Assembly (NCBI GenBank): GCA_045597865.1
Contig: JAZLKX010000018.1
Location: 1-62,309, forward strand
From: Bacilli bacterium
GTDB taxonomy: Bacteria > Bacillota_I > Bacilli_A > RFN20 > CAG-826
Direction: 5' to 3'
DNA length: 62,309 bases
This document shows, in pieces, positions 29,740 through 40,062 of the stretch. How positions within the stretch are numbered: the stretch's first letter is position 1; every line of letters starts with the position of its first letter. Position numbers and translations under genes: made by a program. The notes under the pieces were generated by a model. It made no database searches and had not been told where the DNA came from. It saw only the letters and a list, made by a program, of their open reading frames with translations.

Positions 29740-32700
29740 TTATTCTGTTGTTTCTGGAGCTTGAAGAACTTCAATTTCTCCAGAGGAATTATAATGCCAA
29801 TAATTGTTCTTATCTCCTGGGTGTTTATCGGCATAATAATAAATTGTTGCAGTTTTATTTTTGGTATTTGTAAAGCCTGAAAAGTCTTTAGCAGTACCAT
29901 GGAAATATATTGCAGATAAGCCAGTAAAGTGCTCTAGGGTATCAGTTTTTAAACCTTTTTCCACTACAACAGCATCTGCTTCAATCGTACTTGAATTATA
30001 TGTAAAGTTTCTATTAACCTTAACAAGTTCAACATTTAGTATGTTATAGAATGTAGATGATGTTGCACAAACAATGGTTGCATTTCCAAAGTCAATATTG
30101 CTAACCCATGTTCCATAAAATACATTGCTACCTAAATTAACTGTACCACTTGCGAAGGTAACACTGTTAACTATGTCGCTTGTTGAATAATTGCTATAGT
30201 AATAGTAAGAGAAGGCATAATCACCAATAGTAATGCTTGTTGAATCAACCTTAATGCTTCTAACGGTTGGCATGCCGTAGAAAGCATATGATTCAAGAGT
30301 TGTAACCTTTGAAGGAATTACAATTGAAGTTAACTTATTGCTTGCAAATGCATATGAGCCTATGTAAGTTAATCCTGTTGGGAAAGAAATTGAAGATAAT
30401 GAACAGTTTTGGAATGCACAACTTTCAATTCTTGTAACGCCTGAAGGAAGATTAATTGAAGTAAGTGAACTACAATTTGATAGGAATCCTGAAGGAATAG
30501 TTGTTACCGAAGAATTAAGTGTTAATGTTTTTAATTCATCATTACCGTATAACATGCTGCTTGACAATGTTCCGGTATAACTAGATAAATCGACAGATGT
30601 AAGACTACAATAAGCAAATGCTTCGCTACCGATTGACTTAACAGTTGATGGAATAACAAGGGTTGTTAAACCAGTTGAAGCAAATGCACCATATCCAATA
30701 GTTGATAATTTTGAAGGGAAAGTGAATGATTTTAGATCGTAGCAGCAATTAAATGCAGAACTACCAATTGTGGTAAGTGAGGAAGCGCTGCTTGTGTCAA
30801 CACTAACTAACTCATCGTTGTTATAGAAAGCACTATTACCAATTGAAACAAGATTAGAACCAAGTTTTAAACTCCTAATATCGTTTTGAATGAATGCATT
30901 ATCACCAATAGTAGTTAAACTATTTGGGAAATTAACTGTAGACAATCTACTACAATATTCAAATGCGTAATTGCCAATTGTTTCAAGTGATGTGGCACTT
31001 AAATTAATATTTGTGATATTTGTGCAGTTAGAGAATGCATAATCTCCAATTGTAACTAAGCCACTACCAAAGGTAACGCTATTAATACTTTGACAATAAT
31101 AGAATGCTTGATAACCAATACTCTTTAAAGTGGATGGGAATGTAACACTAGTGAGTGTTGAGTTATTTGAGAATGCTGATTGTCCAATAGCAGTAACACC
31201 CTCTGGGATCTTTAAGCTAGTAAGACTTGATGGAACTCTAATAATTTGAGTGTAATCAGCACTATATAAGACTTTTTCATATGAAACGTATGTTGTGTTT
31301 CCTTCTTCACATACGTATTCTTTAACGTTGTAATTTGAAGGGGCGTTGTCAAGACTTGACATGTTGCTTGTAACAACGAATGTACCTCTCCATTGATATG
31401 GAACACAAACTACTCTACTTCTATCATTGGAATAAACTATTCCATTAATTACTTTGAAATAGGTATTTTTACCGTTATCAACAAAGTTTTCAAAATTGTA
31501 ACATGAATTAAATGCATAAGAACCAATTGATGTTAAATTCACAGGAATTTCAAATTCAGTGAAACAACATTCAGAGAATGCATTAGAACCAATTGAAGTT
31601 ACATTATCACCTAATGAAACGTTTCTTAAATTTGAGCAGTAATAGAAAGCACTAGAACCAATTGAACATCTAGCGTCATTAATGGTTAATGTTTCCAAAT
31701 AATAGCATGAACTGAATGCTGAATCAGAAATTGTCTCGACTGAACTTGGAATAGTAACGCTTCTAAGTATGTTCTTATTATAGAAAGCATTATAACCAAT
31801 AGTTTTAACACCTTCAGGTATAACTAAATTAGTTTCATCAAAGCCTGGAAGTGCATAATAAAGTGTTTCTTTATCTTTAGAATATAAAATATTGTCTTCA
31901 ATTACTAAGAATGGGTTTTCTTCATCAATATTAATTTCCGTAATTGAACTTGAATAAATAGTTTCTCTATCAAGACTAACTAGATCTGGGCCTAAGCTAA
32001 TTGAATGAAGGTTAGGACAATCATAGAAAACATTGTAGCTCATTGTTTGAAGCTTATTGGAAAGATAAATCTCTCTTAAATTTGTACAATAAGCAAAAGC
32101 AAAATAATCAATGAAGGTAACGTTATCTTCAATAAAGACTTTTGTAATTTCAGAATGATTTTCAAATGCATAGCTTGAAATACCTGCAACATCATATGTT
32201 TTATAACCATTGTTATATGTCTTTGGAATATAAATGTCGCTCTCTGAATAGCCTGAATAGCTGTAGACATAACATGTTGATGTTGCGTCATCAAAAGAGT
32301 AATTAAGACCATAAGTTCCAGATCTCACTACTTTCTTATATAAAGCGTAAACATCAATATCGTTATAAACTTTATCAAGGTTTCTATCCCAAGATGTGAA
32401 TTGGTATTCATAACGACCGTCTAGTGGTCTAGTAGGATTTGAGTTTGGATAAGTTGATGCTTCACCATAATTTACGTAGTCTGTATAAAGTAAAGTACCA
32501 TCATAGTTCTTATAATTAACTGTACAAACAGTTGGGCATGATTCATAACATGCGTGGACTATTGTGTCTTCAACGATGTAATCAATATCTACATCCCAAC
32601 CAATAAATGTAAAGCTTTCGCCACTTGAAGCTGGTTTTACTGGTGTATTACCGCTATAAACGGCTGTTCCACCATAAGGAACACTTGTAATATCCAAAAC

Positions 32701-33276
32701 TGAGTCATCATAGTTAAGGAATTTAACTTTGTAACCAAAGTCTTTTTCAACGTATTGAGCCACAAAGGTTGTATTTTCATTAATGTTATCGAGCGATTTG
32801 TTCCAACCAATAAATGTGTAGGTTGTGTTACCTTCATCTGGTCTAGTTGGTGTTTGGCCACCATAAACAGCGTTCTCGCCTTCTTTAACGTAAGAAAAAT
32901 CAAGCTCGCTACCATCATAGTTAACAAAGTCAACAAAGTAAGTTGGTATTCTTTCTGATTTATAAACAGCGTAGACGTTTAAATCACTTTGGATGTTATT
33001 AAGGTTTCTATTCCAACCAGCAAAGTTGTATCTAAAGTTTTCATCATTTGGTCTAGTTGGGTTTGCACCTTTATATACAGCGTTTTTGCCTACATTTACA
33101 GTAGTTGAGTATAAGAAAGAGTCATCATAGTTATAGAAGGAAACAAGGAAAGATTTTTCAACGTCTGGAATGACAACGTCTCCTCCAGGTTCGTCAAAAC
33201 TTTCGCAACCACTTGCGAATCCTGCTATCAGCGATAGTGACAGCACCGAAATTAATAAATGTTTAGTCCTTTTCAT
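29740..33276 (-). CDS. BspA-type leucine-rich-repeat (LRR_5) lipoprotein with InlB-B/Flg_new-like repeats
   Basis: Lipobox FASGC; four V.F.NYD...GW repeats; many IG..AF..C..L..I.IP..V repeats. Confidence 0.85.
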   Translation of the reverse strand: MKRTKHLLISVLSLSLIAGFASGCESFDEPGGDVVIPDVEKSFLVSFYNYDDSFLYSTTVNVGKNAVYKGANPTRPNDENFRYNFAGWNRNLNNIQSDLNVYAVYKSERIPTYFVDFVNYDGSELDFSYVKEGENAVYGGQTPTRPDEGNTTYTFIGWNKSLDNINENTTFVAQYVEKDFGYKVKFLNYDDSVLDITSVPYGGTAVYSGNTPVKPASSGESFTFIGWDVDIDYIVEDTIVHACYESCPTVCTVNYKNYDGTLLYTDYVNYGEASTYPNSNPTRPLDGRYEYQFTSWDRNLDKVYNDIDVYALYKKVVRSGTYGLNYSFDDATSTCYVYSYSGYSESDIYIPKTYNNGYKTYDVAGISSYAFENHSEITKVFIEDNVTFIDYFAFAYCTNLREIYLSNKLQTMSYNVFYDCPNLHSISLGPDLVSLDRETIYSSSITEINIDEENPFLVIEDNILYSKDKETLYYALPGFDETNLVIPEGVKTIGYNAFYNKNILRSVTIPSSVETISDSAFSSCYYLETLTINDARCSIGSSAFYYCSNLRNVSLGDNVTSIGSNAFSECCFTEFEIPVNLTSIGSYAFNSCYNFENFVDNGKNTYFKVINGIVYSNDRSRVVCVPYQWRGTFVVTSNMSSLDNAPSNYNVKEYVCEEGNTTYVSYEKVLYSADYTQIIRVPSSLTSLKIPEGVTAIGQSAFSNNSTLTSVTFPSTLKSIGYQAFYYCQSINSVTFGSGLVTIGDYAFSNCTNITNINLSATSLETIGNYAFEYCSRLSTVNFPNSLTTIGDNAFIQNDIRSLKLGSNLVSIGNSAFYNNDELVSVDTSSASSLTTIGSSAFNCCYDLKSFTFPSKLSTIGYGAFASTGLTTLVIPSTVKSIGSEAFAYCSLTSVDLSSYTGTLSSSMLYGNDELKTLTLNSSVTTIPSGFLSNCSSLTSINLPSGVTRIESCAFQNCSLSSISFPTGLTYIGSYAFASNKLTSIVIPSKVTTLESYAFYGMPTVRSIKVDSTSITIGDYAFSYYYYSNYSTSDIVNSVTFASGTVNLGSNVFYGTWVSNIDFGNATIVCATSSTFYNILNVELVKVNRNFTYNSSTIEADAVVVEKGLKTDTLEHFTGLSAIYFHGTAKDFSGFTNTKNKTATIYYYADKHPGDKNNYWHYNSSGEIEVLQAPETTE

Positions 33277-36200
33277 AAATAACTACCTTTCCTGGTTTTA
33301 ACTCAATACTATAGTTGTAGGTTACCTCTACCTTTTCGCCCATTGTGTTGTAGCGATAAATATGAGGTGTACCAATTGGATTAATGACGCCTTCTTCGCC
33401 AGTTATATCAATTGGTTTATTAACTTTTTCATATTCAATAAATTCACCTGGAGCAAGCGTACCCACTAAGAAGTAAGGTGTTGAATCAAATGGAAGACCA
33501 TCAAATTCTTTTGAACCGCTTGGTGATGTAATTACAAGTTGACGTTTAACAACATAACGTTCAACATCTCCAAATGTTAAATCAAAGTCATTATCACGTA
33601 TGTCAGTGTCTCTTGTTGAGTGATAAGTTGGGCTTGCTACAAAGTCGTTTCCGTATACATAAGTACCAACGTCTATCATCTTTTTAAGCTCTGTCCATGT
33701 CATATCTAACGAATAAGTAAGTGGCAATTCACCATCTGAAATGTATGATGGGCTTGAGAACTCTGTAACATTGGTTTGAAGAATTTCATCATTCTCAAAT
33801 CCGTGATCAGTACCATCATATGTTAATTTTTCTTCGATAAGTGATATTTCAATTGGGCATGGTTCAATAACAATGGATCCATAAATAAATGTAATATCGT
33901 AATCAAGTGTGACATCTAATCCTTGAGGATTTGTAATTTTTACTGTAACTTCATTGTCACCTGAATCATCAACGTGTTTAGCGCTTGTTGCAGAGAAATT
34001 TGAGTAAGCAATTTCATCTCCATCTGCTAGTGTTCCTTTTGTAATAGCGGCAGATGAACTTTCAAATGGTAAGCCATCAAATACTTTCTCGTGGTCTTCT
34101 GTTGTAATTGTGATTGGTCTAGGATCAATCCAAATATTTTGAGCTTTTAAGGTAATGTTGTAATTGCTTGTTACATCAATATCTTCACTTGTATAAACTT
34201 CAACACTTGTTGGCATATTCTTTGTAACGCCATCAACACCATCAAATGTATGAGTGATGGATGGTAAGCCATAGAACTTCAAGTAATCACCCTCAAGAAG
34301 TCTATCAACTGAGTGAAGTGTTGAAGTAAATGGTGTTCCGTCATAAACCTTTGAGTTTTCAAGCATCACTACGCTTATGTCGCGTGGTCTAATAGTTAAA
34401 ATACCGTTATTTTCAAATGTAACGTTATAGTTATCTGTTGCATCATAAAGTCCAAGAGATGGTGAGTTATGAGTAATTTTAAACTTGCTGTAGTCGAAAT
34501 TTAATACGTACATGCCAGCATCAATACCATTACAAGTGACTTCAATGCCACTAATCGATTCGTATTCAGCTAAGCCATCTCCTACTACTTCCCAAGTTTT
34601 AACCTTGCTTGAAATATCAGAGTTGCGATCGTATTCATCAATACAATCAATTGTTCTAACAGTGATGTTACGTTTGTTAATGATTAAGGTGCCATTTGTA
34701 ACAACTGTAATGTCATAGCAATCTGTAACATCAACATAACCATTGCCTTCTTCAAGGTGTTCAATCTTAATTTCACCAAGGGCTGAACATGGGGTTTCAC
34801 TTACTTTGAATGGGTTGTTAGTTGGAGTAAATCTAATAACGTCAGTGTCTGCTAAGGAACCAGAAGAAATTTGAACTGGTTTGCTAACATAATTATAAAT
34901 ATGGTCACCCATATACGTAATAGTTTGGGATGAAATGTTAATTGTGATTGGACGTTTATTAATGATAATTGAGTCTACTTTAGATGCTTCATCTGGAATA
35001 ACGTTGTAGTTTCCAAGAACGTTTGTTCCGTATCTAGAATCAATAATCTTTGTTAATTCGAAGTCTTCATTGGTGTATGTTCCAACTTTGTAGAAACTTG
35101 AATTATTAAAGCATGTTGCATCAATTACATCTTTGCTTAAAAGAGCTGAGGTGTCATACCAATAACCTGAAGTATGGTATTTGCCATCATATGTGTATGT
35201 ATTAGTGATAGCTTTGACTTCAAGATCAATCTTATTAATCTTAATTGTGCCTGGGTCTTTGCTAATGAGGTAACAATCAGTAAAGTCTTCACGTGTGTTT
35301 TTATCAACAATGGTAACGTTTAAAGCTTTTTCGTGTGTTCCAACATCAGTAGCAGTTCCATCTGCAGTAACAATGATGTCATCTTTGTCTGCAAGGCTAC
35401 CTTCAGTAATAGACCAGTTAGTATTAGTGATTGAATAACCTGAATAATCAACTTCTACATTTTCACCTTGAACTGAGATTTCTCTTTGGGCAATGGTTGT
35501 ATAACCATAGTCATAATCAATAATGTAGTTACTTGAAATATCTACATCACCTTCATAGATCTTTGCAGTAAATGTATTTTCGTATGTGCTTGCGCGGACA
35601 AATTGTTCAGGATTTGTCATTGTGTATTTAACTGACAACTTCTCTGTAATACCATCACTACCTTCTTTGATATAGATTTCATCACCAGTGAATGTAAAAG
35701 AATGATCTTCGCCATCATAGGTTAAATCAATGTCTTTACTCGCAAAGGTAATAGGCTTCTTTTCAATTTCAAGACTTCCGTAATTGGTTTTAATTGAATA
35801 GTGCTTAGTTACGTCTAAACCGTTTTCATCCTTAATAATGTATTCTTGAACGTTATCTTTAACGCCTACATTTGAAAACGCTGTAGAGGAAACTACATTT
35901 AATACGTCACCACTAACAAGTGATCCTGAGGTAATAGTATAACTTTCATCACTTAAGTTAGTGCCATCAAAACCTTTTACTGAGGAACCACTAGCTATAG
36001 TAATGCTTCTTGCTAAAATATTGATATCTTTTGGATAAGATGCAAATGTATAGTTTTTAGTAACATCTTTTCCATCAAGAGATAAAACTTTAAGCTTAGT
36101 GCTATCAACCATTACTTTAAATGTATTGGTTTGTTTATTTTGATAAATATAGCTAATTGTACTTGTGTCACAATGATCTGATTTAACAAAGTCTTCAGTA

Positions 36201-36631
36201 AAAACTGCAGATGGAGTGTCACCATATGTCATTTCGTTAGTGACAATTTGAACTCCAATCTCTTTTGGAACAATATCAAAGTATTGGGTTTTACCATAAT
36301 AGTAAGAACCACCGCTTTTCTTTCCTAAGCTTCTAAACTTGTATGAACCTACATCACTTGGACATTCTTCAAACCATTCTTCACCATCTCTAGTCGCAAA
36401 TTCATACTTAACTGAAGACATGAATGCATTTGATTTATAAGTAATGTTTTCGCCATACTCATAACGAGCTTTAAGCTTTTCTACATCCGAAACAATGCCT
36501 TTAGTAGTAATTAATGTAACGGTTGTAGCTACGACAAGAGCACTAATACCACCAATTAAGAAACGATGCTTAAAAGCGCTATGACGAATCTTAGCGAGTT
36601 TAATAATCTTCTGCTCGTACTCTTTATACAT
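33263..36631 (-). CDS. Membrane-anchored surface protein with MBG-like Ig-fold repeats
   Basis: N-terminal TM; repeated RPITI....K.YDG...G.L..GD...DVT.NY.I...G.L.I units. Confidence 0.7.
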   Translation of the reverse strand: MYKEYEQKIIKLAKIRHSAFKHRFLIGGISALVVATTVTLITTKGIVSDVEKLKARYEYGENITYKSNAFMSSVKYEFATRDGEEWFEECPSDVGSYKFRSLGKKSGGSYYYGKTQYFDIVPKEIGVQIVTNEMTYGDTPSAVFTEDFVKSDHCDTSTISYIYQNKQTNTFKVMVDSTKLKVLSLDGKDVTKNYTFASYPKDINILARSITIASGSSVKGFDGTNLSDESYTITSGSLVSGDVLNVVSSTAFSNVGVKDNVQEYIIKDENGLDVTKHYSIKTNYGSLEIEKKPITFASKDIDLTYDGEDHSFTFTGDEIYIKEGSDGITEKLSVKYTMTNPEQFVRASTYENTFTAKIYEGDVDISSNYIIDYDYGYTTIAQREISVQGENVEVDYSGYSITNTNWSITEGSLADKDDIIVTADGTATDVGTHEKALNVTIVDKNTREDFTDCYLISKDPGTIKINKIDLEVKAITNTYTYDGKYHTSGYWYDTSALLSKDVIDATCFNNSSFYKVGTYTNEDFELTKIIDSRYGTNVLGNYNVIPDEASKVDSIIINKRPITINISSQTITYMGDHIYNYVSKPVQISSGSLADTDVIRFTPTNNPFKVSETPCSALGEIKIEHLEEGNGYVDVTDCYDITVVTNGTLIINKRNITVRTIDCIDEYDRNSDISSKVKTWEVVGDGLAEYESISGIEVTCNGIDAGMYVLNFDYSKFKITHNSPSLGLYDATDNYNVTFENNGILTIRPRDISVVMLENSKVYDGTPFTSTLHSVDRLLEGDYLKFYGLPSITHTFDGVDGVTKNMPTSVEVYTSEDIDVTSNYNITLKAQNIWIDPRPITITTEDHEKVFDGLPFESSSAAITKGTLADGDEIAYSNFSATSAKHVDDSGDNEVTVKITNPQGLDVTLDYDITFIYGSIVIEPCPIEISLIEEKLTYDGTDHGFENDEILQTNVTEFSSPSYISDGELPLTYSLDMTWTELKKMIDVGTYVYGNDFVASPTYHSTRDTDIRDNDFDLTFGDVERYVVKRQLVITSPSGSKEFDGLPFDSTPYFLVGTLAPGEFIEYEKVNKPIDITGEEGVINPIGTPHIYRYNTMGEKVEVTYNYSIELKPGKVVIYEKD

Positions 36632-36632
36632 C

Positions 36633-39600
36633 CTATAATACCGTCAACTTTCCATAGACAAAGCTAACAATGTAGTAGTTAGTAACGTCGTTTCCATATG
36701 TATCAGTAATACTTAATGTGTCATAGTCAATAAAGTTATCTGAAACACCAGGTTTAGTTTGTGAACCTGTCATCTTAACACTTACTGTATGGTTTGCAGG
36801 CATTGCACCTGAAAGAACATTTACAGTAAATGTATTGTTAGTTAATGGGGTTCCATCACGAACCTTTGTAGCATCACCTGAAATAATTTGAATGCTACAT
36901 TGAGTAATCCTGTATGATTCGTAAATTAAATTTACTCTGCCTTTGTATTCACTTGTTACATCTGCACCGTATTCATTGAAGATCTTTGGTTGTGCACGTG
37001 TAACGTATGTACCTGGAATGGATTCACCAGTTTCAGTATTTGCCTCAAGATGATGGCCTGGTTTAAGGCTACCTATGAGTGATGCGTGTGCAGTCATTGG
37101 AGTTCCGTCAAATGGTTTAGACGATTGATCTGGAGAAACTCTAATTGTGATATCTGCATCTGGATTTGCAGGTCCAAATGGATTATATGGATTTAAGTGT
37201 GTGCCTGTACCAGTGTCATCTGGAGTTCCATCAATTGCAATCCAACCAAGATTTGAAATATAAACTTCACACCAAGCGTATGAGTTATTTGTGGTAACAG
37301 TTGCGTAACCACCGTTTGATTCTGAAGCATAACCAGTAACGTAACGAGCTGGAATACCAAGTGATCTATAAATAGCAGTTAATGCTGAAGCAAAGTCACT
37401 TGCTACACCACTCTTGGCTGTGTATAAGAAGTGTTCGATATAGTTAGAACCTGTTGGGTAGGTTTCAAATCCATAATCGTGTTTTGCGTATTCTTTAATA
37501 AAGTTAGAAATTCTAATAATATTTGAAATAGATGTACCTTGAAGGTTGTTTTCTGAAACAAATCTACTTGCAACACCTTTAGTGTAATTATCTAATTGAG
37601 TGTAATGTGAGTATGCGTAATCTCTATACGCCATTTCTTCTAATCTAATTTCGTCATTAGAGAATGTAACGTTGTTGACTAAAGACTCAAGGTTAATTGA
37701 GTTAACTGTAAGTGGAGAGAATGTGTAATCAGTTGGATTATCAACATTGTGTTTAGTGTAGGCATCACTACCTAATGTATCAATTTGGGTTTGGCTATAC
37801 ATTGGAAGTAATGAGTACTTATGGTATTCAAAGTCTTTGTATTCAATTGATATGTCGTATTCATTTAATCCAATGCGGTCAATCTTATCGCTTGCAAAGT
37901 AAAGTGGAGAAATTGAAGTCATGTCAAAATTATCGACCTTAGTTGGTTTAGTCCAAACGTTATGATCTAAGTTTTGATATGAATACTCTCTAAATAAGAG
38001 TTTACCTTTTGCTTCTGTCTCGTATGAGAAAATTGAAGTTGGTTTTTCTCTATCAACTGGTGTAGATGCAATATTTCCAGGAGTACCTGCTCCACCATGA
38101 CCAAGTCCACCTGCTAAAGCGTATTTAGCTTGTAATGTATAGGATTCATCTGCTGGATATGGTTTCATGTGCCATCCAGTAAAGACTGTTTCTTTTTTAT
38201 TAACTTTGGAAACTGGTTCACCTAAAGTTTCTTCTGGGTAAACTGGCATTTCACCATCACTTACGTAATTTTCATACAAAAGTGAGAAGTCGTCATTTCT
38301 AAATGTAACTATGTGTTTTTCGCCATAAGCTGGATTATAGGCTTCATAAGTAGCGAAATCATATTCAATCCAGACACCACCTGAGAGAAAAAGGAATTTA
38401 TCAAACTTACCAGTCCATGTGTAAGTCCAGCCATTGCTATCTTCTCTAGTTAAGTCTTTGCCTTTATAGTGGGATTCACCATAAACCTCCAAATCACCAT
38501 CTATAATCTTGTAAACGTATTGGTCAATAGTTAACAAAGTGAAGTCCCAGTCATAGAAGTAAGCTTGAATTATATCTCCTTCTTCCTTTTCGGTTTCACC
38601 ACCACCTGTACCGCTTCCGCCTTGGCCTCCGCCACCAGAGCCGCCTCCACCAGGACCGCCAGTACCGATATCTTCTGGACCAATGGAGTGTTCTTTTGGA
38701 ATAGCGTCAAATAAGGCATATGTTGTTGTGTCATCATAAACTTCAGTTACATCAACACTCCAGCCTTTAAATTCATATGTATAGGTTTCATCTTCTTCTC
38801 TAGTTGGGGTTTCACCAGAATAGTAAGCTGTTTCGCCTGCGTATACATGTGTTTCGTGTAAAACAGTTTTGTCCCAGTTACAGAAAGTGACGGTTAATTC
38901 ATCATCGATCTCATCAAACACTGGGTAAACAGAGAAGTCATTTTGAACGTTCTCGAGCATTCTATCCCAACCTCTAAACTCATAAATCTTGTGATCTGAG
39001 TCTGGTTTAGTTGGTAAAGCGCCTTCGTAATGGGCAGTTTCACCACGTTCCACTGTATCAACAAATAAAATGGTATCGTCATAGTTTCTAAATGTAACTG
39101 TGTATTGCTCAACAGCTTCTTGATATACAGCGTGCACTGTTAAGTCTTCAGTTACAGTTTCAATTGATTTGTCCCATCCAATAAAGTCATAACGGACTCC
39201 GTTTTCACTTGGTTTAATTGGAAGATCTCCATCGTAGTAGGCACTTTCTCCTACAGATACGACATCATAACCAAGTAATGTGTCATCATAGTTAAGGAAT
39301 GTAACACGTACAGTAAGTGGTTCTTCAACAAATTGGGCAGTAAATGTTGTGTCTTCCGTAACACCATTAACGTTATTGTCCCAACCTGAGAATGTATATT
39401 TAAAGTTACCAGTTGATTCTTTAACTGGTGTAAATCCTCTATATTCTGCTGTTCCGTTATATGGAACTCTTGAATCTTTGTAAAGGAAAGTTCCGTCATA
39501 GTTCACAAATGTTGCAGTGAAATAACGGTCTTCTGGTTTATATGTAGCAGTATATGTTGCATTTTTGGTTGCTGCTACAATTCTTGGATCCCATCCATCA

Positions 39601-40052
39601 AAGACATAATCAAATGCTGGTGAACTTTCTCTTGTTGGAACTTCACCAATGTATTGTGGAGTAGAACCATATTCAAAATAATCTTCGTATAACTTCTCGC
39701 CATCATAGTTAACAAAGGAAATCAAAAAGTCTTTCTTCTTTGTCTCATACACAGCGTGGAAGGACATATCAGAGGTAATGTTAGTGAGTGATTGATCCCA
39801 GCCTCTAAATAAGTACTTGTTCATTGTGGTTTCATCTTTAACTGGTGTTGGTCCATCATAAACAGCGTCATGTGATGGAGCAACATTACAAGAGTATAAG
39901 AAAGTACCATCTTCATTGTAGAATCTACATTTGTATCTTAAAGATGGATCTGCAAGTTTAATTGCACCACTTGCAGATAAACCAACAAAACCTGCTACAA
40001 GTACAGATAATGCAGCGGATGAAATAATAATAGCTTTATATAACTTCTTCAT
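36633..40052 (-). CDS. Surface protein: Flg_new-like repeats + Gly linker + inactive transglutaminase-like domain + MBG-like repeats
   Basis: N-terminal signal/TM; RSLGIPARYVTGY and AWCEVYISNLGWIAIDGTP mark a transglutaminase-like fold. Confidence 0.75.
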   Translation of the reverse strand: MKKLYKAIIISSAALSVLVAGFVGLSASGAIKLADPSLRYKCRFYNEDGTFLYSCNVAPSHDAVYDGPTPVKDETTMNKYLFRGWDQSLTNITSDMSFHAVYETKKKDFLISFVNYDGEKLYEDYFEYGSTPQYIGEVPTRESSPAFDYVFDGWDPRIVAATKNATYTATYKPEDRYFTATFVNYDGTFLYKDSRVPYNGTAEYRGFTPVKESTGNFKYTFSGWDNNVNGVTEDTTFTAQFVEEPLTVRVTFLNYDDTLLGYDVVSVGESAYYDGDLPIKPSENGVRYDFIGWDKSIETVTEDLTVHAVYQEAVEQYTVTFRNYDDTILFVDTVERGETAHYEGALPTKPDSDHKIYEFRGWDRMLENVQNDFSVYPVFDEIDDELTVTFCNWDKTVLHETHVYAGETAYYSGETPTREEDETYTYEFKGWSVDVTEVYDDTTTYALFDAIPKEHSIGPEDIGTGGPGGGGSGGGGQGGSGTGGGETEKEEGDIIQAYFYDWDFTLLTIDQYVYKIIDGDLEVYGESHYKGKDLTREDSNGWTYTWTGKFDKFLFLSGGVWIEYDFATYEAYNPAYGEKHIVTFRNDDFSLLYENYVSDGEMPVYPEETLGEPVSKVNKKETVFTGWHMKPYPADESYTLQAKYALAGGLGHGGAGTPGNIASTPVDREKPTSIFSYETEAKGKLLFREYSYQNLDHNVWTKPTKVDNFDMTSISPLYFASDKIDRIGLNEYDISIEYKDFEYHKYSLLPMYSQTQIDTLGSDAYTKHNVDNPTDYTFSPLTVNSINLESLVNNVTFSNDEIRLEEMAYRDYAYSHYTQLDNYTKGVASRFVSENNLQGTSISNIIRISNFIKEYAKHDYGFETYPTGSNYIEHFLYTAKSGVASDFASALTAIYRSLGIPARYVTGYASESNGGYATVTTNNSYAWCEVYISNLGWIAIDGTPDDTGTGTHLNPYNPFGPANPDADITIRVSPDQSSKPFDGTPMTAHASLIGSLKPGHHLEANTETGESIPGTYVTRAQPKIFNEYGADVTSEYKGRVNLIYESYRITQCSIQIISGDATKVRDGTPLTNNTFTVNVLSGAMPANHTVSVKMTGSQTKPGVSDNFIDYDTLSITDTYGNDVTNYYIVSFVYGKLTVL

Positions 40053-40062
40053 AGCTAATTCC

